DNA of 64,000 nt, from contig OY843751.1 of the NCBI GenBank assembly GCA_963693055.1, positions 2,848,001 to 2,912,000 of the forward strand, given 5' to 3'. The DNA comes from a bacterium (GTDB lineage: Bacteria > Zhuqueibacterota > Zhuqueibacteria > Residuimicrobiales > Krinioviventaceae). The notes beneath the pieces are model-generated. The model saw only the letters and a list, made by a program, of their open reading frames with translations. It was not told where the DNA came from and did no database searches. The position numbers and the translations under genes were made by a program. The first letter of the stretch is position 1. Every line of letters starts with the position of its first letter. Below, piece by piece: positions 57,360 to 64,000 of the stretch.

Positions 57360-57704
57360 CTATTTTTCTGTTCGTATCTGCTGTAATAATGTTTCAATAT
57401 GATGTGCATAAGCAGCAGAATCATCATAATAAAAAGCCAATGTGGGTACATGTCTTAATTTCATCTGCTTACCCACAGCACTACGCAGCATTCCTTTTGA
57501 ACGTTCTAACGCATCCTGAGCATTTTCTAACTGGTCATCTTTAAGAACGCTGAAATATATTTTTGCATGACGAATATCATCAGTAACTTTAACTTTGGTA
57601 ATAGTAACAAATTGAACAGCAGGGTCCTGTACTTCTCGCAATAATTGACTGCTGACCACATTTTGTATTACCGATGCTACTCTGTCTGCTCGTTTATAAT
57701 TCAT
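57360..57704 (-). CDS. rbfA: Ribosome-binding factor A
   Basis: RADRVA...LRHVPTLAFYYD. Confidence 0.95.
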   Translation of the reverse strand: MNYKRADRVASVIQNVVSSQLLREVQDPAVQFVTITKVKVTDDIRHAKIYFSVLKDDQLENAQDALERSKGMLRSAVGKQMKLRHVPTLAFYYDDSAAYAHHIETLLQQIRTEK

Positions 57705-57709
57705 AAAAT

Positions 57710-57994
57710 TTATATTATCTCTTTTTGATGATCAAGTATTTCCACCTGATCATGATTATCCAGAAAATTAAAGATTCTGGTAAATGTTTGTTCAATAATC
57801 TTTTTTTCATTTGCTACAATAGAAATACCAATTGTAGCTTTTTGCCATTTATCAAGTTCATCTACTTCTGCAATGGAAATATTAAACTTGTTCTGCAATT
57901 TATCTTTAATGCTCTTAATTACGAATCGTTTTTCTTTTAACGATTCACTTGCAGGAATTATTAATAGAAATTGAAAAATTCCTACCAGCATCAT
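57710..57994 (-). CDS. DUF503 (YlxP) protein
   Basis: SLKEKR...FNISIAEV; between infB and rbfA. Confidence 0.88.
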   Translation of the reverse strand: MMLVGIFQFLLIIPASESLKEKRFVIKSIKDKLQNKFNISIAEVDELDKWQKATIGISIVANEKKIIEQTFTRIFNFLDNHDQVEILDHQKEII

Positions 57995-60631
57995 TTATTC
58001 CAAAGTACGTTTGGTTTCAATGAGTTCATAAGATTCGATAATATCATTTACTTTGAGATCATCGTAACCTTCAATACCAATTCCACATTCAAAGCCAGAA
58101 TTTACCTCTTTAACATCATCCTTGAAGCGTTTGAGGGATGAAATCTTGCCGTCATGAATCAAACGATCATCACGATAAAGTTTTACACGATGATTCCTGT
58201 TGATTTTGCCATTGGTTACATAACATCCGGCAATTGTACCAATCTTGGGGACCTTGAATGTTTGTCTGATTTCCACAGTACCCACATTTTGTTCCGTAAT
58301 AGTAGGTTTGAGGAAACCTTCAAGGGCTGATTTTACATCTTCAATAATATCATAAATAACTTCATATGAACGAATATCAACATTTTCTTTACTTGCCAGT
58401 TCACGAGCCTTGGTGGTCGGGCGTACATGAAAGCCGATAATAATTGCTCCTGACGCAGAAGCTAACAATACATCAGATTCGGATATAGCGCCAACACCAC
58501 GGTGAATGACATTTACAGTAACTTCATCAGTTGATAATTTCAACAATGAATCAATAATAGCTTCAATTGAACCATCAACGTCAGCTTTAACAACGATTGA
58601 GAGTTGTTCAACCTGGCCTTTCTGGATCTGTCTTGAAATCTCATCCAATGTACGTGGACGATTACTCCACAGATCATGCTCACGTTGGAGTATTTGACGT
58701 TTTTGGCTAATATCTCTCGTATCTCTTTCAGATTCCAACACAATAAAAGTATCACCAGCCTGAGGTAAACCGTCAAAACCCAATACCTGTACGGGTTGAG
58801 AAGGACCAGCTAACTTTATACGTTTATTTCGTTCGTCAAGCATTGAACGAACTTTACCGCTATAGGTACCTGCTACAAACGGATCGCCTACTTTTAAGGT
58901 TCCTGTTTGTACCAAAATTGAAGATACAACACCCTTGCCTTTGTCAAGTCGGGATTCAATTACTACACCTTTAGCTCTTCTATCAGGGTTCGCTTTAAGA
59001 TCTAGCATTTCAGCTTCAAGTAAAATTGACTCAAGTAGTTGATCACAAGCTTGACCTGTTTTTGCGGATATTTCTATGCACTGGTACTTTCCGCCCCATT
59101 GCTCAATCAATACATTATGTTCAGCAAGTTGTTTTTTGATCATATCAGGGTTAGCATTGGGCTTGTCAACTTTATTAATAGCTACTACAATAGGGACTTC
59201 AGCAGCACGAGCATGACTGATAGCTTCAATAGTTTGAGGCATCACATTATCATCTGCTGCTACAACCAGAATTACAATATCAGTAATCTGGGCACCACGA
59301 GCACGCATAGCTGTAAATGCTTCGTGACCAGGAGTATCTAAAAATGTTATGGCTTTGCCATTCAGATGCACTTCATAAGCACCTATGTGCTGGGTAATAC
59401 TACCAGATTCTCCAGCTATAATATTACTATTACGATAATAATCAAGTAATGAAGTTTTACCATGATCCACGTGTCCCATGATGGTTACAACAGGTGGTCT
59501 GGGTTGAAGATCTTCATCTTCATCGTCTTCATCCATTTGTTCTAAAAGATCTTCACCAAATTCTGCGAGTGGTTCAACTTCATATTCGTATTCAGAAGCG
59601 AGCAATGTTATAGAATCCATATCAAGTCGTTGATTAATAGAAACCATCATACCTAGTTCCATACATTTTCTAATCAACTCTGTAGATTCAATATCCATCA
59701 GGTTTGCAAGTTCAGCAAGAGACATAAACTCACTAACTTTGATAACTGGATTAATTTCACTCTCTTCTTCAATATCTTCCTGTATTCTACGTTTACGCTT
59801 TTTGCCTTTAGCAGAATCATCAATGGATGCCAAAGTTTGACGAATATTTGATTGAATTTCTTCTTCATTAAATACAGGACGGCGTTTTTTCTTTTTCTTT
59901 GAACGCTTTGATGTTGCCAAAGCTTCTTCTGGTTTAGGCTGATCTTCACCAGTTTTTTTACCACGAGGCTTACGACGACGCTTTTTACGTCCCTCCTGAG
60001 ATCCTTTATCCGAATCACCATGCCCTGCTCCATCTTTCGGTGCCGGAGATGTTTTTTCACCAGGTTTTTCTCTGGTAGACTTTGATTCAGCTTTACCTTG
60101 ATCTTCTTTGGGTTTTTGGCGACTTCCTTTTTGCTCTGGTGGTATTTCTATAATTTTTAATTTTTTCTTTACACGTGGTTTTGGCTTTGCTTCTTGTTCT
60201 TCAGTAGCTTTCGGGATTTGCTGCGATGGACTGGAAGCCTTTGCTTCATCTTTAGTATCTACTGGTTGAGATACTTCTACTGTACGATCTTGTTGCTCTT
60301 GCCTGTGTTTCAACTTGGGCATTTCTTCAGCAAGCTCTTTGGCAAAACGAATACGCCTTTCCAGCTCTTCTTTGGCTTTTTCGCTTTTTTCCTTTTCGAT
60401 CGCTTGTTTATCACGCAATCTTTTACGGAATTCCTGCTCTTCATCAACATTTTCAACAGGCTGAACAGTGGTCTCTCCGAATTTTTCCATTACCTTGTTA
60501 TACGCATCATCCGATAAAGGGCTCATATGATTGCGTATATCAAAGTTAAGACCGGTGAGATATTCGATCAAAGCTTCGTTGGAAATATTAAACTCTCGCG
60601 CAACTTGAAATACTCTTTTTTTAACAGCCAA
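57995..60631 (-). CDS. infB: Translation initiation factor IF-2 (TTG start)
   Basis: GHVDHGKT, DTPGHEAF. Confidence 0.97.
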   Translation of the reverse strand: MAVKKRVFQVAREFNISNEALIEYLTGLNFDIRNHMSPLSDDAYNKVMEKFGETTVQPVENVDEEQEFRKRLRDKQAIEKEKSEKAKEELERRIRFAKELAEEMPKLKHRQEQQDRTVEVSQPVDTKDEAKASSPSQQIPKATEEQEAKPKPRVKKKLKIIEIPPEQKGSRQKPKEDQGKAESKSTREKPGEKTSPAPKDGAGHGDSDKGSQEGRKKRRRKPRGKKTGEDQPKPEEALATSKRSKKKKKRRPVFNEEEIQSNIRQTLASIDDSAKGKKRKRRIQEDIEEESEINPVIKVSEFMSLAELANLMDIESTELIRKCMELGMMVSINQRLDMDSITLLASEYEYEVEPLAEFGEDLLEQMDEDDEDEDLQPRPPVVTIMGHVDHGKTSLLDYYRNSNIIAGESGSITQHIGAYEVHLNGKAITFLDTPGHEAFTAMRARGAQITDIVILVVAADDNVMPQTIEAISHARAAEVPIVVAINKVDKPNANPDMIKKQLAEHNVLIEQWGGKYQCIEISAKTGQACDQLLESILLEAEMLDLKANPDRRAKGVVIESRLDKGKGVVSSILVQTGTLKVGDPFVAGTYSGKVRSMLDERNKRIKLAGPSQPVQVLGFDGLPQAGDTFIVLESERDTRDISQKRQILQREHDLWSNRPRTLDEISRQIQKGQVEQLSIVVKADVDGSIEAIIDSLLKLSTDEVTVNVIHRGVGAISESDVLLASASGAIIIGFHVRPTTKARELASKENVDIRSYEVIYDIIEDVKSALEGFLKPTITEQNVGTVEIRQTFKVPKIGTIAGCYVTNGKINRNHRVKLYRDDRLIHDGKISSLKRFKDDVKEVNSGFECGIGIEGYDDLKVNDIIESYELIETKRTLE

Positions 60632-60673
60632 AAAAAACTCCCGTTGTTATGGCGCTACCTATTCACTATTCAA

Positions 60674-62143
60674 TTATTCTTTATCTTCTTTATCCGGTGT
60701 CTCATCAGTAGATTCTGACTCATCTTCATTAGTCTCATCTACGTCCGATTCATCTTCTTCCGATTCATCTTCTTCCGATTCATCTTCTTCCGATTCTTCA
60801 ACTACCGGCTCTGAATCATTTTCAATGTCATTAGAATCATCAACTAAATCTTCATCATCAGATTCTTCAGGCTCTTCCACTTCCTGGCCTTCATCTCCCT
60901 GATTTTGAAAATTCTTTTGCAAAGACTCTTTTAATTTCTCTGCGGTTTTTTCTCCAACACCCGGTAAATGGGTCAACTCGTCAAGATCTGCCTCAACAAT
61001 ATCACGTATTGTTTCAAATCCACCGACAAGCAGAGTCTTTTTTAATTTTCCTGGAATATCTTCCACTTCGGTAAGTGGCAGATCAAGGCCGCTTTCAGAC
61101 TCTATTATCTCTTTATACTCATCATCACGAACAGTCTGAATGTCAAAATTAGTTAACCGTGAAGCCAATCTACGATTTTGACCACCTTTACCTATTGCCA
61201 AAGAAATTTGCTCATCATCCAAAACGGCAATTACTTTACGAGCTTCTTCGTCAATAACAATACGCTTTGGTTTTGCTGGACTAAGAGCACGAGTTATAAA
61301 AATTTCAGGTTCGCTGCTCCAGTTGATGATATCTATTTTTTCATTATTTAATTCTTTTACAATTGCCTGAATACGCATTCCTTTCATACCCACACAAGCA
61401 CCAACAGCATCAATGCGTTTATCGTTAGAATAAACAGCAATCTTTGTTCGTTCGCCCGCCTCACGGGTAATTGCACGAATTTCAATAATACCTTCATAAA
61501 TTTCAGGCACTTCAAGTTCAAACAATCTCGAAAGAAACATGGGATCAGAACGTGAAATAATTATCTCAGGACCACGAGCCGTTTTTTTAACTTCTTTGAT
61601 CACTGCACGTATGGATTCACCACGTCTATATTTTTCATTTGGTATTTGTTCATACTTTGGCAAAACCATTTCAGTGTTTTCTGCATTGATAAAGATTTCA
61701 TCACGATTGATCTGACGAATCTCTCCACTAACAATTTCACCAGAACGGTTTTTAAATTCATCGTATATTTGTTCTTTTTCAAACTCTTTAATACGCTGAT
61801 TCAGGTTTTGTTTCGCTGAAATAATTAATCTACGGCCAAATGCAGCAGGATTAATGATTTCAAGGTATTCATCGCCCAGTTCCAAATCCGGTTCAGACTC
61901 TTGGGCTGTCTGAATATTGATCTCTGTAACCTCATCTTCAACATCTTCGACAATAGTCTTGCTTTGGTAAATTTCAATTTCACCTTTTTCCATATTGACA
62001 AAAACATCAAAGTTATCAGAAGTACCATACTTTTTCTTAATCATGGACAAAAAGATTTCTTCCATGATTTTCGTCAACACTTCTTTTTCTACATTTTTTT
62101 CTTTAATGAGTGCGGCAAAAGCCTGAACAATTTCACTTTTCAT
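60674..62143 (-). CDS. nusA: Transcription factor NusA with acidic tail
   Basis: VGACVGMKG, SLAIGKGGQN. Confidence 0.97.
   Translation of the reverse strand: MKSEIVQAFAALIKEKNVEKEVLTKIMEEIFLSMIKKKYGTSDNFDVFVNMEKGEIEIYQSKTIVEDVEDEVTEINIQTAQESEPDLELGDEYLEIINPAAFGRRLIISAKQNLNQRIKEFEKEQIYDEFKNRSGEIVSGEIRQINRDEIFINAENTEMVLPKYEQIPNEKYRRGESIRAVIKEVKKTARGPEIIISRSDPMFLSRLFELEVPEIYEGIIEIRAITREAGERTKIAVYSNDKRIDAVGACVGMKGMRIQAIVKELNNEKIDIINWSSEPEIFITRALSPAKPKRIVIDEEARKVIAVLDDEQISLAIGKGGQNRRLASRLTNFDIQTVRDDEYKEIIESESGLDLPLTEVEDIPGKLKKTLLVGGFETIRDIVEADLDELTHLPGVGEKTAEKLKESLQKNFQNQGDEGQEVEEPEESDDEDLVDDSNDIENDSEPVVEESEEDESEEDESEEDESDVDETNEDESESTDETPDKEDKE
60744..60794. repeat. 15-bp tandem repeat x3 (EEDES) in the nusA tail
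   Basis: tccgattcatcttct repeated. Confidence 0.85.
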
Positions 62144-62167
62144 GTTTAAATACCTGTCTTGTAGTGA

Positions 62168-62620
62168 CTAAAATTCAATAATGATTTTAGCGGACTTTAA
62201 TTCAGTTATATTGAACACATGTTCTTTATCACCATCCGTTAAAACGACCTGTTCCGCTTCAACAGTATGTATGGTACCTGTTTTTTCTAAACTTTTCTCT
62301 TCATCACCAAGCACTACTTTGACCTTTTCGCCAATATTGCGCTCAAAATCTCGGGCTGTCTTTAAGGGACGCGTCAAGCCAGGAGAAGAAACCTCAAGAA
62401 CATAGCGCTCTTGAATTACATCATCTCGCTCAAGGATTTCAGCAATAGTTCTGCTGGTTTTTTCACATTGCTCAAGCTTAACTCCACCCTGCCTGTGAAT
62501 ATAAATACGTATAATCCGTTTGCGGCTATTACCCAAAATTTCCAAATCTACCAGTTCAAGATCCATCTCCTCAAGAACAGGTAGAACTATTTTTTTTATA
62601 ATCTCTATATCAATCGCCAT
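62168..62620 (-). CDS. rimP: Ribosome maturation factor RimP
   Basis: YVLEVSSPGLTRPL. Confidence 0.95.
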   Translation of the reverse strand: MAIDIEIIKKIVLPVLEEMDLELVDLEILGNSRKRIIRIYIHRQGGVKLEQCEKTSRTIAEILERDDVIQERYVLEVSSPGLTRPLKTARDFERNIGEKVKVVLGDEEKSLEKTGTIHTVEAEQVVLTDGDKEHVFNITELKSAKIIIEF

Positions 62621-62637
62621 ATTTTTCACTTTACAAC

Positions 62638-62703
62638 AAAAAAGTGGGCCCGGTGAGCCCACTTTGAGTTTATAAATATACTAAAGAAAATCCTTAAAAT
62701 CAA
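62638..62703 (-). promoter_or_regulatory. rimP-nusA promoter and rimP-leader attenuator
   Basis: TTGATT-N17-TATATT, then AAAGTGGGC...GCCCACTTTTTT. Confidence 0.75.
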
Positions 62704-62729
62704 GAATTTTCTATTGTTCAAATAAAAAA

Positions 62730-63398
62730 CTACATTACGGATTTGAGCAACAACGCTTCATCTTTTTCCTCAGAATCCGGATAATCGTGAACAATGGTAT
62801 CATATAACTCTGCAGCTTTTTGTGGGTTTCCTGCCAAACTATAGCAATTGGCTGCTTTTAATAAATTCTCAGAAGCTGTAAAAGATTCAGGGAATTTGTT
62901 AGCAGTTTTTACATACTGCTGTGCTGCTTTTTCGTATTCTTTTAATTGCTCATGACAAGCTGCAACAGCCGCCATGGCAGAGGCTTTTACATAATCATCA
63001 CCTTTAAAACTTTTTGCAAAATCGGAAAAATGCTTTTCAGCCTGTTCGTAATCACCTGTTTGAAACAGTGCGTTACCAAGGTAATATTGGGCCAATTTAC
63101 CGCTCTGAGTTGATCCATAGGTGCTGATAATGTTCTGCAATACTGGCTTGGCTGATTCGTAATCATTGCTTGATATGGAACGCATAGCAATTGCCAATTC
63201 TACACTTGCAGAAGATTCAGCTTTTTGTTTTGACGATATTACATAAAAAGACAATAGTAAAACAACAACAATTGCACCTATTCCGATAAACAGAATTTTT
63301 GAATTGTTTTCAACCCAATCCTGGGCATTAAAATAAAAAGTAACTAACTTGTCTTCTTTTAGTTCTTTTTTTGTCAGACGCTTTCTTGGTGTAAGCAT
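62730..63398 (-). CDS. Membrane-anchored TPR protein
   Basis: KELKED, one TM, TPR helices. Confidence 0.85.
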   Translation of the reverse strand: MLTPRKRLTKKELKEDKLVTFYFNAQDWVENNSKILFIGIGAIVVVLLLSFYVISSKQKAESSASVELAIAMRSISSNDYESAKPVLQNIISTYGSTQSGKLAQYYLGNALFQTGDYEQAEKHFSDFAKSFKGDDYVKASAMAAVAACHEQLKEYEKAAQQYVKTANKFPESFTASENLLKAANCYSLAGNPQKAAELYDTIVHDYPDSEEKDEALLLKSVM

Positions 63399-63499
63399 GT
63401 AATTCCCTGTTATTATTTATCAACTCTATAACCAATAGCCGGATAATGTAATGAATAGAAAATAAAAAATCAAGAATAAAAATAAAATTTTAACATTCA

Positions 63500-63868
63500 T
63501 TAGTCAGGTGGTCTTGCTTCTTTAGCGCTAACAGTAACAATTTCATATGCATTTGAAGCAACTGCAGCAACAAAGATCATAACAAATGTAACAAGCGCAA
63601 TATCACCCCATGGTGTTCCTGCAATTCCCAACCACTCACATGCTTTGATAAATAATGGCATTGAAAAGAAACTGACCAATAACGAAAAAATAATACTGAA
63701 AAATATACGGCTTTTATTTTCCCTTCCCCCTGCAAAATATGAAATAATAAATATCCCAACACCCAAGGTTAAAGCAATAATAGATATTGTGTCATTAAAT
63801 ACAATCCAGTGAATACCACTGGATGTTTTTTCTATTGAAAATAAAGAATCCGCTTGTGCAATTTCCAT
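63500..63868 (-). CDS. Membrane protein (about 3 TM)
   Basis: Hydrophobic segments. Confidence 0.6.
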   Translation of the reverse strand: MEIAQADSLFSIEKTSSGIHWIVFNDTISIIALTLGVGIFIISYFAGGRENKSRIFFSIIFSLLVSFFSMPLFIKACEWLGIAGTPWGDIALVTFVMIFVAAVASNAYEIVTVSAKEARPPD

Positions 63869-64000
63869 ATAAATCCCGGGTTAAAATCCCAATTTATAAA
63901 CGATTACATTGTATAAATTTGATAATTGATATGCAAGCAATTTCTTGATTTTTGATTGATGCTCTTATTGTTCTTCCTCATTGTAATAAAACATGTATTT

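Noticed and set aside
60674-60900. Acidic NusA tail as a novel domain
   Set aside because: Low-complexity repeat expansion, common in NusA C-termini

Overview
Positions 1 to about 44790 are a temperate siphovirus-like prophage, cut off by the left edge of the window and integrated next to the 3' end of a tRNA-Pro(GGG) gene (44791-44865, minus strand). Its modules, read right to left, are: integrase/immunity, recombination and replication (ERF, Gp157, SSB, DUF1376 initiator, RuvC-like), many small accessory genes, a DUF5675 lysis-like gene, terminase, portal, head and tail. Positions 44791-64000 are host housekeeping DNA: merR-like, polysaccharide deacetylase, ald, M16 peptidase, pnp, a GldAFG-like ABC cluster, rpsO, ribF, truB, rbfA, DUF503, infB, nusA and rimP. 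The host may belong to the FCB superphylum (KSB1/Calditrichota-like), but this is inference only. The most notable items are: (1) a ~540-nt densely base-paired non-coding region with two tRNA-like elements directly upstream of terS; (2) two phage promoter-plus-hairpin attenuator units with compensatory base changes that resemble the host rimP-nusA leader; (3) a GT9 glycosyltransferase and a signal-peptide protein rich in D-S/T sequons inside the head module; (4) three paralogous Dit-like tail genes; (5) a -1 frameshifted tail chaperone; (6) a strong CCGG enrichment with CCCGGG avoidance in the phage. All protein calls come from motif and synteny recognition by eye, and no database search was run.
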